Shown: positions 1-13,900 of the stretch, in pieces | How the letters are laid out: each line of letters begins with the position of its first letter | Position numbering within the stretch: the stretch's first letter is position 1 | Assembly: GCA_965637545.1 (NCBI GenBank) | Contig: OZ281496.1 | Location: forward strand, 24,986,001 to 25,050,000 | DNA length: 64,000 nucleotides | Source: Phallusia mammillata | Lineage: Eukaryota | Direction: 5' to 3' | Translations under genes and position numbers: made by a program | Notes under the pieces: model-generated | Told to the model about the DNA's origin: nothing | Database searches by the model: none | The model's input: only the letters and a program-made list of their open reading frames with translations

Positions 1-3000
1 CGCTTTGGGTTCTGAAACAAAACACAAACTTGAAATCTAATTTCCAATGTTTGCAATATTAATCATAATCAAAAGCATTACACTATTTGCCATGCAATGC
101 AAACAACAATCTTCGAAATTTAACATCACAAACTCATTACCTGGAAAAACTTCATAGTGCAATGGAAATGATTGGTTCCACCCTGATGGCAAATCAGTTC
201 GTATCACTTGCACAGTGAAATTGGAGTCACAAACTTTGGTGACTTTCAAAGTAAAGGTATGTTTGGGTAAACCAGGTGCAGTCACCATCACTTCAACACT
301 CTTGTTCAAAGTTTTCTTGAGAGGAAAGGTAAATGATGCAGTTGGAGTAGAACTGCTCGGAATGGTCATTGAACCAGTCTGCAAAGCTGAAAAACAACAG
401 AGAAGTAAAGAGTCGATCATATTTTTCACACAAATCTAGTGGCAAAGGGACTTACTTTGGGGCACACTTGGTGTAGTGGTAGTGATATTTTTGTTGGCAA
501 GAGATTTGGGTTCTGAAACAAAACACAAATTTGAAATTTGATTTTTAATGTTTCCAATATTAACTGTGCATGAGAGCGGTACTCTATCTGGGAACACGAC
601 ACACAGCAAAATATTTCAATTTTAAGAACTCAATCTCATTACCTGGATGGATTTCATAGTGCAATGGAAATGAATTGTTCCACCCTGATGGCAAATCAGT
701 TCGTTTCACTTCCACAGTGAAATTGGAGTCACAAATTTTAGTGACTTTCAAAGTAAAGGTATGCTTGGGTAGACCAGGCGCAGTAACCATCACTTCAACA
801 CTCTTGTTCAAAGTTTTATTGAAAGGAAAGGTAAATGAGGCAGTTGGAGTAGAACTGCTCGGAATGGTCATTGAACCATTCTGCAAAGCTGAAAAACACA
901 AAGAAATGAAGAGTCAGTCAGATTTTTCGCATCAATCTACTGGACAAAGGGCCTTACTTTGGGGCACACTTGGTGTGGTGGTGGTAGTGATATTTTTGTT
1001 GACAAGGGCTTTGGGTTCTGAAACAAAAGACAAACTTCATGTTTGATGTTTCATGTTTGCAATAATAACTGTGCATAAAGAGCGTTACTCTTTTAGGAAC
1101 ACAACACAAGGAAAAATATTTAAATTTTAAGAACACGATCTCATTACCTGGATAGACTTCATAGTGCAATGGAAATGATTGGTTCCACCCTGATGGCAAA
1201 TCAGTTCGTTTCACTTGCACAGTGAAATTGGAGTCACAAACTTTGGTGACTTTCAAATTAAAGGTATGCTTGGGTAGACCAGGTGCTGTCACCATCACTT
1301 TAACGCTCTTGTCCAAAGTTGTATTGAAAGGAAAGGTAAATGAGGCAGTTGGAGTAGAACTGCTCGGAATGGTCATTGAACCAGTCTGCAAAGCTGAAAA
1401 ACAAAAAACAGATAAAGAGTCAGTCAGATTTTTCGCACCAATCTACTGGACAAAGGGTCTTACTTTGGGGCACACTTGGTGTGGTGGTAGTGATATTTTT
1501 GGTGGCAAGCGCTTTGGGTTCTGAAACAAAACATAAACTTGAAATGTAATTTCCATTGTTCGCAATATTAATCATAATCAAAAGCATTACACTATTTGGC
1601 ATGCAATGCAAACAACAATCTTTGAAATTCAACATCACAAACTCATTACCTGGAAAAACTTCATAGTGCAATGGAAATGATTGGTTCCACCCTGATGGCA
1701 AATCAGTTCGTTTCACTTGCACAGTGAAATTGGAGTCACAAACTTCTATGACTTTCAAATTAAAGGTATGCTTTGGTAGACCAGGTGCAGTCACCATCAC
1801 TTCAACGCTCTTGTCCAAAGTTGTATTGAAAGGAAAGGTAAATGAGGCAGTTGGAGTAGAACTGCTCGGAATGGTCATTGAACCAGTCTGCAAAGCTGAA
1901 AAACACAAAGAAATGAAGAGTCAGTCAGATTTTTCGCACCAATCTACTGGACAAAGGGCCTTACTTTGGGGCACACTTGGTGTGGTGGTGGTAGTGATAT
2001 TTTTGTTGACAAGGGCTTTGGGTTCTGAAACAAAAGACAAACTTCATGTTTGATGTTTCATGTTTGCAATAATAACTGTGCATAAAGAGCGTTACTCTTT
2101 TAGGAACACAACACAAGGAAAAATATTTAAATTTTAAGAACACGATCTCATTACCTGGATAGATTTCATAGTGCAATGGAAATGATTGGTTCCACCCTGA
2201 TGGCGAATCAGTTCGTTTCACTTGCACAGTGAAATTGGAGTCACAAACTTTTATGACTTTCAAATTAAAGGTATGCTTTGGTAGACCAGGTGCTGTCACC
2301 ATCACTTTAACGCTCTTGTCCAAAGTTGTATTAAAAGGAAAGGTAAATGAGGCAGTTGAAGTAGAACTGCTCGGAATGGTCATTGAACCAGTCTGCAAAG
2401 CTGAAAAACAACAAAGAAATGAAGAGTCAGTCAGATTTTTCGCACCAATCTACTGGACAAAGGGTCTTACTTTGGGGCACACTTGGTGTGGTGGTGGTGG
2501 TAGTGATATTTTTGGTGGCAACGGCTTTGGGTTCTGAAACAAAACACAAACTTCATGTTTGATGTTTCATGTTTGCAATAATAACTGTGCATAAAGAGTG
2601 TTACTCTTTTAGGAACACAACACAAGAAAAAATATTTAAATTTTAAGAACACAATCTCATTACCTGGAAAAACTTCATAGTGTAATGGAAATGATTGGTT
2701 CCACCCTGATGGCAAATCAGTTCGTTTCACTTGCACAGTAAAATTGGAGTCACAAATTTTAGAAACTTTTAATGTAAAGGTATGCCTGGGTAATCCAGGT
2801 GCTGTCACCATCACTTCAACACTCTTGTTCAAAATTGTCTTGAGCGGAAAGGTAAATGAGGCAGTTGGAGTAGAACTGCTCGGAATGGTCATTGAACCAC
2901 TCTGCAAAGCTGAAAAACAACAAAGAAATGAAGAGTCAGTCAGATTTTTTACACAAATCAACTCGACAGGGGGCCTCACTTTGGGGCACACTTGGTGTGG

Positions 3001-6000
3001 TGGTGGTGGTGATATTTTTGTTAGCAAGCGCTTTGGGTTCTGAAACAAAACACAAACTTGAAATCTAATTTCCAATGTTTGCAATATTAATCATAATCAA
3101 AAGCATTACACTATTTGCCATGCAATGCAAACAACAATCTTCGAAATTTAACATCACAAACTCATTACCTGGAAAAACTTCATAGTGCAATGGAAATGAT
3201 TGGTTCCACCCTGATGGCAAATCAGTTCGTATCACTTGCACAGTGAAATTGGAGTCACAAACTTTGGTGACTTTCAAATTAAAGGTATGCTTGGGTAGAC
3301 CAGGAGCAGTCACCATCACTTCAACACTCTTGTTCAAAGTTTTATTGAAGGGAAAGGTAAATGAGGCAGTTGGAGTGGAACTGCTTGGAATGGTCATTGA
3401 ACCATTCTGCAAAGCTGAAAAACAACAGAGAAAGTAAAAATTCAAATATTTTTTCACAAAAAGGCAGTCGATTAAAAGCCTTACTTTGGGGCAAGCTTGG
3501 TGTAGTGGTAATGATATTTTTGTTGGCAAGTGCTTTGGGTTCTGAAACAAAACACAAACTTGAAATGTAATTTCCAATGTTTACAACATTAACTGTGCAT
3601 AAAGAGTGGTGCTCTAATTGGAACACGACACAAGGAAAAATACTTCAATTTCAAGACCACGAATTCATTACCTGGATAAATTTTGTATTGCAATGGAAAT
3701 GATTGGTTCCACCCTGATGGCAAATCAGTCCGTTTCACTTGTACAGTAAAATTGGAGTCACAAATTTTGGTGACTTTCAAAGTAAAGGTATGCTTGGGTA
3801 ATCCAGGTGCAGTCACCATCACTTCAACACTCTTGTTCAAAATTGTCTTGAGCGGAAAGGTAAATGATGCAGTTGGAGCAGAACTGCTCGGAATGGTCAT
3901 TGAACCACTCTGCAAAGCTGAAAAACAACAAAGAAATGAAGAGTCAGCTATTTTTTGCACCAATCTACTGGATAAAGGCCTTACTTTGGGATACACTTGG
4001 TGCAGTGGTAGCAACATTTTTGTTGGCAAGGGCTTTGGGTTCTGAAACAAAACACAAACTTGATAATTGATTTTGAATGTTTACAATATAAATTGTGCAT
4101 AAACAACGTAACACTATTTGGCAAGCAACACAAGAAACAATCATCGAATTTCAACATCACAAACTCATTACCTGGAAAAACTTCATAGTGCAATGGAAAT
4201 GATTGGTTCCACCCTGATGGCAAATCAGTTCGTATCACTTGCACAGTGAAATTGGAGTCACAAACTTTGGTGACTTTCAAATTAAAGGTATGCTTGGGTA
4301 GACCAGGTGCTGTCACCATCACTTTAACGCTCTTGTCCAAAGTTGTATTGAAAGGAAAGGTAAATGAGGCAGTTGGAGTAGAACTTCTCGGAATGGTCAT
4401 TGAACCAGTCTGCAAAGCTGAAAAAATAAAAAAAAATAAAGAGTCAGTCAGATTTTTCGCACCAATCTACTGGACAAAGGGTCTTACTTTGGGGCACACT
4501 TGGTGTGGTGGTAGTGATATTTTTGGTGGCAAGCGCTTTGGGTTCTGAAACAAAACATAAACTTGAAATGTAATTTCCATTGTTCGCAATATTAATCATA
4601 ATCAAAAGCATTACACTATTTGGCATGCAATGCAAACAACAATCTTTGAAATTCAACATCACAAACTCATTACCTGGAAAAACTTCATAGTGCAATGGAA
4701 ATGATTGGTTCCACCCTGATGGCAAATCAGTTCGTATCACTTGCACAGTGAAATTGGAGTCACAAACTTTGGTGACTTTCAAATTAAAGGTATGCTTGGG
4801 TAGACCAGGTGCTGTCACCATCACTTTAACGCTCTTGTCCAAAGTTGTATTGAAAGGAAAGGTAAATGAGGCAGTTGGAGTAGAACTGCTCGGAATGGTC
4901 ATTGAACCAGTCTGCAAAGCTGAAAAACACAAAGAAATGAAGAGTCAGTCAGATTTTTCGCACCAATCTACTGGACAAAGGGCCTTACTTTGGGGCACAC
5001 TTGGTGTGGTGGTGGTAGTGATATTTTTGTTGACAAGGGCTTTGGGTTCTGAAACAAAAGACAAACTTCATGTTTGATGTTTCATGTTTGCAATAATAAC
5101 TGTGCATAAAGAGCGTTACTCTTTTAGGAACACAACACAAGGAAAAATATTTAAATTTTAAGAACACGATCTCATTACCTGGATAGATTTCATAGTGCAA
5201 TGGAAATGATTGGTTCCACCCTGATGGCAAATCAGTTCGTTTCACTTGCACAGTGAAATTGGAGTCACAAACTTTTATGACTTTCAAATTAAAGGTATGC
5301 TTTGGTAGACCAGGTGCTGTCACCATCACTTTAACGCTCTTGTCCAAAGTTGTATTAAAAGGAAAGGTAAATGAGGCAGTTGGAGTAGAACTGCTCGGAA
5401 TGGTCATTGAACCAGTCTGCAAAGCTGAAAAAAATAAAATAAAGAGTCAGTCAGATTTTTCGCACCAATCTACTGGACAAAGGGTCTTACTTTGGGGCAC
5501 ACTTGGTGTGGTGGTGGTAGTGATATTTTTGTTGGCAAGCGCTTTGGGTTCTGAAACAAAACATAAACTTGAAATGTAATTTCCAATGTTTGCAATATTA
5601 ATCATAATCAAAAGCATTACACTATTTGCCATGCAATGCAAACAACAATCTTCGAAATTCAACATCACAAACTCATTACCTGGATAGATTTCATAGTGCA
5701 ATGGAAATGATTGGTTCCACCCTGATGGCAAATCAGTTCGTTTCACTTGCACAGTGAAATTGGAGTCACAAACTTTTATGACTTTCAAATTAAAGGTATG
5801 CTTTGGTAGACCAAGTGCAGTCACCATCACTTCAACGCTCTTGTCCAAAGTTGTATTGAAAGGAAAGGTAAATGAGGCAGTTGGAGTAGAACTGCTTGGA
5901 ATGGTCATTGAACCAGTCTGCAAAGCTGAAAAACAACAAAGAAATGAAGAGTCAGTCAGATTTTTTTACACAAATCAACTCGACAAGGGGCCTCACTACG

Positions 6001-7950
6001 GGGCACACTTGGTGTGGCGGTGGTGATATTTTTGTTGGCAAGCGCTTTGGGTTCTGAAACAAAACACAAACTTGATAATTGATTTTCAATGTTCACAATA
6101 TAAATTGTGCATAAACAACGTAACACTATTTGGCAAGCAACACAAGAAACAATCATCGAATTTCAACATCAATAATCTGTTACCTGGAAAAACTTCATAG
6201 TGCAATGGAAATGATTGGTTCCACCCTGATGGCAAATCAGTTCGTATCACTTGTACAGTGAAATTGGAGTCACAAACTTTGGTGACTTTCAAATCAAAGG
6301 TACGCTTCGGTAGACCAGGAGCAGTCACCATCACTTCAACACTCTTGTTCAAAGTTGTATTGAAAGGAAAGGTAAATGAGGCAGTTGGAGTGGAACTGCT
6401 TGGAATGGTCATTGAACCATTCTGCAAAGCTGAAAAAAAACAAAGAAAGTAAAAATTCAAATATTTTTTCACAGAAAGGCAGTCGATTAAAAGCCTTACT
6501 TTGGGGCAAGCTTGGTGTAGTGGTAATGATATTTTTGTTGGCAAGCGCTTTGGGTTCTGAAACAAAACACAAACTTGAAATCTAATTTCCAATGTTTACA
6601 ACATTAACTGTGCATAAAGAGGTGCTCTATTTAGAAAATGACACAAGGAAAAATACTTCAATTTCAAGACAACGAATTCATTACCTGGATAAATTTTGTA
6701 ATGCAATGGAAATGATTGGTTCCACCCTGATGGCAAATCAGTCCGTTTCACTTGTACAGTAAAATTGGAGTCACAAATTTTGGTGACTTTCAAAGTAAAG
6801 GTATGCTTGGGTAATCCAGGTGCAGTCACCATCACTTCAACACTCTTGTTCAAAATTGTCTTGAGCGGAAAGGTAAATGATGCAGTTGGAGCAGAACTGC
6901 TCGGAATGGTCATTGAACCACTCTGCAAATCTGAAAAACAACAAAGAAATGAAGAGTCAATTATTTTTTGCAACAATCTACTGGATAAAGGCCTTACTTT
7001 GGGGTACACTTGGTGTAGTGGTAGCGACCTTTTTGTTGGCAAGGGCTTTGGGTTCTGAAACAAAACACAAACTTGATAATTGATTTTCAATGTTCACAAT
7101 AAAAATTGTGCATAAACACAGTAACACTATTTGGCAAGCAACACAAGAAACAATCATCGAATTTCAACATCACTAATCTATTACCTGGAAAAACTTCATA
7201 GTGCAATGGAAATGATTGGTTCCATCCTGATGGCAAATCAGTTCGTTTTACTTCCACAGTGAAATTGGAGTCACAAATTTGGGTGACTTTCAAATTAAAG
7301 GTATGCTTGGGTAATCCAGGTGCAGTCACCATCACTTCAACACTCTTGTTCAAAGTTTTCTTGAAAGGAAAGGTAAATGAGGCAGTTGGAGTAGAACTGC
7401 TCGGAATGGTCATTGAACCACTCTGCAAAGCTGAAAAACAATAAAGAAATGAAGAGTCAGTCAGATTTTTTACACAAATCAACTCGACAGGGGGCCTCAC
7501 TTTGGGGCACACTTGGTGCGGTGGTGGTGATATTTTTGTTAGCAAGCGCTTTGGGTTCTGAAACAAAACACAAACTTGAAATCTAATTTCCAATGTTTGC
7601 AATATTAATCATAATCAAAAGCATTACACTATTTGCCATGCAATGCAAACAACAATCTTCGAAATTCAACATCACAAACTCATTACCTGGAAAAACTTCA
7701 TAGTGCAATGGAAATGATTGGTTCCACCCTGATGGCAAATCAGTTCGTATCACTTGCACAGTAAAATTGGAGTCACAAACTTTGGTGACTTTCAAATTAA
7801 AGGTATGCTTGGGTAGACCAGGAGCAGTCACCATCACTTCAACACTCTTGTTCAAAGTTTTATTGAAAGGAAAGGTAAATAAGGCAGTTGGGGTAGAACT
7901 GCTCGGAATGGTCATTGAACCATTCTGCAAAGCTGAAAACAATATAGAAG
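1..7950 (-). repeat. 16 copies of a ~500-bp monomer (246-nt A-type domain exon plus 57-63-nt linker exon)
   Basis: Domain exons recur about every 500 bp from 141-386 up to ~7690-7930, with linker EPKALANKNITTT(T)PSVPQ. A partial linker exon at 1-11 shows that the array continues past the window edge. Confidence 0.95.
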
Positions 7951-10900
7951 TTTAGTCAAACAGATTTTTCTTGCAAATATACTGGATTTATAGCCTTACT
8001 TTGGGGTATACTTGGTGTAGTGGCTGTGATATTTTTGTTTGCAAGGGCTTTGGGTTCTGAAACAAAATACAAACTTGAAATTTGAATGAATCCACAAAGT
8101 GGATTCAATAGTTTGGAAAACTGACCTGAATACATTTTCCAATACAAAGTTGGCCGTGGCTTTTGGGCAACTGATGTATTTGAACCTGAAATTGTCACAT
8201 CAAATCCCCAGTCACATATTTTTACAACATTAACACTGTAGGTTGATTCTACACTCAACCAAACTCGAACTTGAATGCTCGAGTTCACACATGACTGGAA
8301 TGGAACTTTCAGGATCAATGGCACAGAAGATATTGGAGGAATTCTCATCTTTCCTTCTTGAAGAACTAAAACATTTTCGTAATTTAGTACAGATATTGTC
8401 AAAGCAAGTTCAAAAATAAATCATACAACCATGTTAGCAATAAAACGCAAGTATTAAACTCTCTTACTTTGAGGAGCATTTGATTGTGGTTTGATGGCTG
8501 TTTTGTTTGCAAGTTCTGGTTGCACTGCAATATAAAAACAAACCAGCTTGTCAAATAAAGTTGTAAACAAAAACTTTTGCACCTTTGACAGTTAAAACAC
8601 CTTTTGAAAAAGCAACATAGAAATGAAATAAAAAACTAAAATGATATATACCTGAGAAAACTTTGAATTGCAAAGGGAATGATTGATTCCATCCCAATGG
8701 CAGATCAATTCGTTTCACTTCCACAGTGAAATTGGAGTCACAAACTTTAGTGATTTTCAAAGCAATCCTATGATTTGGGAGACCAACTGCTGTTACCCAC
8801 ACTTCAACATTCTTGCTCAAAGTGCTATTAAATGGATATGTAAGTGAGGCAGTTGGACTAGAACTGATAGGAACAACTACATCACCCTTTTGTAACACTG
8901 AAGAAAACAAACAACAGCATTATTTATATATATTACACTTATTTCATTTCTGTCAGAATTTTACCTTGTGGTATGCCTGCAGTTGGAACTAAAAAAGATA
9001 TATGTTTCATTACTTAAGTATGATTGAAGTGTAATTGCAAGAACCAGTTGAAACAAAGACATTAGCTTACTTGCATCACTCCATCTTATTGCTTTCCAGT
9101 AAATCAGGCCATTTTCCTGCCAACCAACTGCTTTGTCCATTCTTGTGATGGACACATTAAAACCAAGATCAGAAGTAGAAGTAACCTTGACCACAAATGT
9201 TCCATTTTGAGCTAGGAATGTCACTTCAACTTTGGCTGTCTGTTTGATGCATGAGTTGAAAGGAACAAACTCATTCAACACCTGGGTACTGCTTGCTCCT
9301 ACTCCATGGATTCCACTTTGTATAACTACAAATAGAGACGAGATAAGCAAACCACACAATCAAACACCAATTTAACAACGCATGACTACTTGTCCAAACG
9401 CACCTTTTGATAGTGAAGCATTTTTTGTCAAAGCTACAGGTCCTGTAAGACAAAAGATGGAAATAAGCTGCTCTTTGACCCCAAAACTACATTGTTGAGT
9501 GAAGTTTCTACACTTTTCACTGTTACCTGAAAAAACTTCATAGAGCAATGGAAATGATTGGCTCCATCCTGATGGCAAATCAGTTCGTTTCACTTGCACA
9601 GTGAAATTGGAGTCACAAATTTGGATGAGTTTTAGAGTAAAGGTATGTTTGGGTAAACCAGGTGCAGTCACCATCACTTTAACACTCTTGTTCAAAGTTT
9701 TCTTGAAAGGAAAGGTAAATGAGGCAGTTGGAGTGGAACTGTTCGAAATGATCATTGAACCAGTCTGCAATGCTGAAAAAGAATAGAGAAGTAAAGAGTC
9801 GATCAAATTCTTTACACATATCTACTGAATAAAAGGCCTTACTTTGGGGCAGACTGGGTGTTGTGGCAGTGATATTTTTGTTAGCAAGTGCTTTGGGTTC
9901 TGAAACAAAACATAAACTTGAAATTTGATTTTGAGTGTTTGCCATGTTAATTGTGAATAAACTTTAATAAACAAGATTACACTATTTGACACACACAACA
10001 ATTTTTCAATTTCAAGAACATCAATACATTACCTGAGAAAACTTCATAGTGCAATGAGAATGATTGGTTCCACCCTGATGGCGCATCAATTCGTTTCACT
10101 TGCACAGTAAAATTGGAGTCACAAATTTTAGTGACTTTCAACGTAAAGGTATGTTTGGGTAGGCCAGGTGCAGTCACCATCACTTTAACACTCTTGTTCA
10201 AAGTTTTCTTGAAAGTAAAGGTAAATGAGGCAGTTGGAGTGGAACTGTTCGAAATGATCATTGAACCACTCTGCAATGCTGAAAAAGAATAGAGAAGTAA
10301 AGAGTCGATCAAATTCTTTACACATATCTACTGAATCAAAGGCCTTACTTTGGGGCAGACTGGGTGTTGTGGTAGTGATATTTTTGTTAGCAAGTGCTTT
10401 GGGTTCTGAAACAAAACATAAACTTGAAATTTGATTTTGAGTGTTTGCTACGTTAATTGTGAATAAACTTTAATAAAGAAAATGACACTATTTGACACAC
10501 ACAACATTTTTTCAATTTCAAGAACATTAATACATTACCTGAGAAAACTTCATAGTGCAATGAGAATGATTGGTTCCACCCTGATGGCACATCAATTCGT
10601 TTCACTTGCACAGTAAAATTGGAGTCACAAATTTTAGTGACTTTCAACGTAAAGGCATGTTTGGGTAGACCAGGTGCAGTCACCATCACTTCAACACTCT
10701 TGTTCAAAGTTTTATTGAAAGGAAAGGTAAATAAGGCAGTTGGGGTAGAACTGCTCGGAATGGTCATTGAACCATTCTGCAAAGCTGAAAACAATATAGA
10801 AGTTTAGTCAAACAGATTTTTCTTACAAATATACTGGATTTATAGCCTTACTTTGGGGTATACTTGGTGTAGTGGCTGTGATATTTTTGTTTGCAAGGGC

Positions 10901-13900
10901 TTTGGGTTCTGAAACAAAATACAAACTTGAAATTTGAATGAATCCACAAAGTGGATTCAATAGTTTTATAACTGACCTGAATACATTTTCCAATACAAAG
11001 TTGGCAGTGGCTTTTGAGCAACTGATGTATTTGAACCTGAAATTGTCACATCAAATCCCCATTCACATATTTTTACAACATAAACACTGTAGGTTGATTC
11101 TACACTCAACCAAACTCGAACTTGAATGCTCGAGTTCACACATGACTGGAATGGAACTTTCAGGATCAATGGCACAGAAGATATTGGAGGAATTCTCATC
11201 TTTCCTTCTTGAAGAACTAAAACATTTTCGTAATTTAGTACAGATATTGTCAAAGCAAGTTCAAAAATAAATCATACAACCATGTTAGCAATAAAACGCA
11301 AGTATTAAACTCTCTTACTTTGAGGAGCATTTGATTGTGGTTTGATGGCTGTTTTGTTTGCAAGTTCTGGTTGCACTACAATATAAAAACAAACCAGCTT
11401 GTCAAATAAAGTTGTAAACAAAAACTTTTGCACCTTTGACAGTTAAAACACCTTTTGACAAAGCAACGTAAAATGAAATAAAAACTAAAATGATATATAC
11501 CTGAGAAAACCTTATACTGCAATGGGAATGATTGATTCCATCCCAATGGCAGATCAATTCGTTTCACTTCCACAGTGAAATTGGAGTCACAAACTTTAGT
11601 GATTTTCAAAGCGATCCTATGATTTGGGAGACCAACTGCTGTTACCCACACTTCAACATTCTTGCTCAAAGTGTTATTAAATGGATATGTGAGTGAGGCA
11701 GTTGGACTAGAACTGATAGGAACAACTACATCACCCTTTTGTAACACTGAAGAAAACAAACAACAGCATTATTTATATATATTACACTTATTTCATTTCT
11801 GTCAGAATTTTACCTTGTGGTAGGCCTGCAGTTGCACCTAAAAATATATATATTTCATTACTCAAGTATGATTGAAGTGCTATTGCAAAATAAAACCGTT
11901 GAAATAGAGACATTAGCTTACTTGCATCACTCCATCTAAATGCTTTCCAGTAAATCAGGCCATTTTCCTGCCAACCAACTGCTTTGTCCATTCTTGTGAT
12001 GGACACATTAAAACCAAGATCAGAAGTAGATGTAACCTTGACCACAAATGTTCCATTTTGAGCTAGGAATGTCACTTCAACTTTGGCTGTCTGTTTGATG
12101 CATGAGTTGAAAGGAACAAACTCATTCAACACCTGGGTACTGCTTGCTCCTACTCCATGGATTCCACTTTGTATAACTACAAATAGAGACGAGATAAGCA
12201 AACCACACAATCAAACACCAATTTAACAACGCATGACTACTTGTCCAAATGCACCTTTTGATAGTGAAGCATTTTTTGTCAAAGCTACAGGTCCTGTAAG
12301 ACAAAAAATGGAAATCAACTGCTTTTTGACCACCAAAATACATTGTTGAGTTAATTTTTTGGCACTTTTCTCTGTTACCTGAAAAAACTTCATAGTACAA
12401 TGGAAATGATTGGTTCCACCCTGATGGCAAATCAGTTCGTTTCACTTGCACAGTGAAATTGGAGTCACAAATTTGGATGAGTTTTAGAGTAAAGGTATGC
12501 TTGGGTAAACCAGGTGCAGTCACCTTCACTTCAACACTCTTGTTCAAAGTTTTCTTGAAAGGAAAAGTAAATGAGGCAGTTGGAGTAGAACTGTTCGAAA
12601 TGATCATTGAACCATTCTGCAATGCTGAAAAAGAATAGAGAAGTGAAGAGTCGATCAAATTCTTTACACATATCTACTGAATTAAAGGCCTTACTTGGGG
12701 GCAGACTTGGTTTTGTGGTAGTGATATTTTTGTTAGCAAGTGCTTTGGGTTCTGAAACAAAACATAAACTTGAAATTTGATTTTGAGTGTTTGCCATGTT
12801 AATTGTGAATAAACTTTAATAAACAAGATTACACTATTTGACACACACAACAATGTTTCAATTTCAAGAACATCAATACATTACCTGAGAAAACTTCATA
12901 GTGCAATGAGAATGATTGGTTCCACCCTGATGGCAAATCAATTCGTTTCACTTGCACAGTGAAATTGGAGTCACAAATTTTAGTGACTTTCAAAGTAAAG
13001 GCATGTTTGGGTAGACCAGGTGCAGTCACCATCACTTCAACACTCTTGTTCAAAGTTTTATTGAAAGGAAAGGTAAATGAGGCAGTTGGAGTAGAACTGC
13101 TCGGAATGGTCATGGAACCATTCTGCAAAGCTGAAAAGCAATAGAGAAGTGAGGAGTCAATCAGATTTTTCACACAAAACCACTGGAGTTATAGCCTTAC
13201 TTTGGGGCACACTTGGTGTAGTGGTAGTGATAGTTTTGTTTGCAAGGGCTTTGGGTTCTGAAACAAAACACAAACTTGAAATTTGAATAAATTTGCAAAG
13301 TGGATTCAAAAGTTTGGAAAATTGACCTGAATACATTTTCCAATATAAAGTTGCACTTTGGTTCTGGAAAACTGATGTATTTGAACCTGAAATTGTCACA
13401 TCAAATCCCCAGTCACATATTTTTACAACATTAACACTGTAGGTTGATGCTACACTTAACCAAACTCGAACTTGAATGCTCGAGTTCACACATGACTGGA
13501 ATGGAACTTTCAGGTTCAATGGCACAGAAGATATTGGAGGAATTCTCATCTTTCCTTCTTGAAGAACTAAAACATTTTCGTAATTTAGTACAGATATTGT
13601 CAAAGCAAGTTCAAAAATAAATCATACAACCATTTTGGCAATAAAACACAAGTATTAAACTATCTTACTTTGAGGAGCATTTGATTGTGGTTTGATGGCT
13701 GTTTTGTTTGCAAGTTCTTGTTGCACTACAATATAAAAATGAACCAGCTAGTTAAATACAGTTGTAAAAAAAACGTTCGCACCTTTGACAGTTAAAACAC
13801 CTTTTGAAAAAGCAACGTAGAAATGAAATAAAAAACTAAAATGATATATACCTGAGAAAACTTTAAATTGCAAAGGGAATGATTGATTCCATCCCAATGG

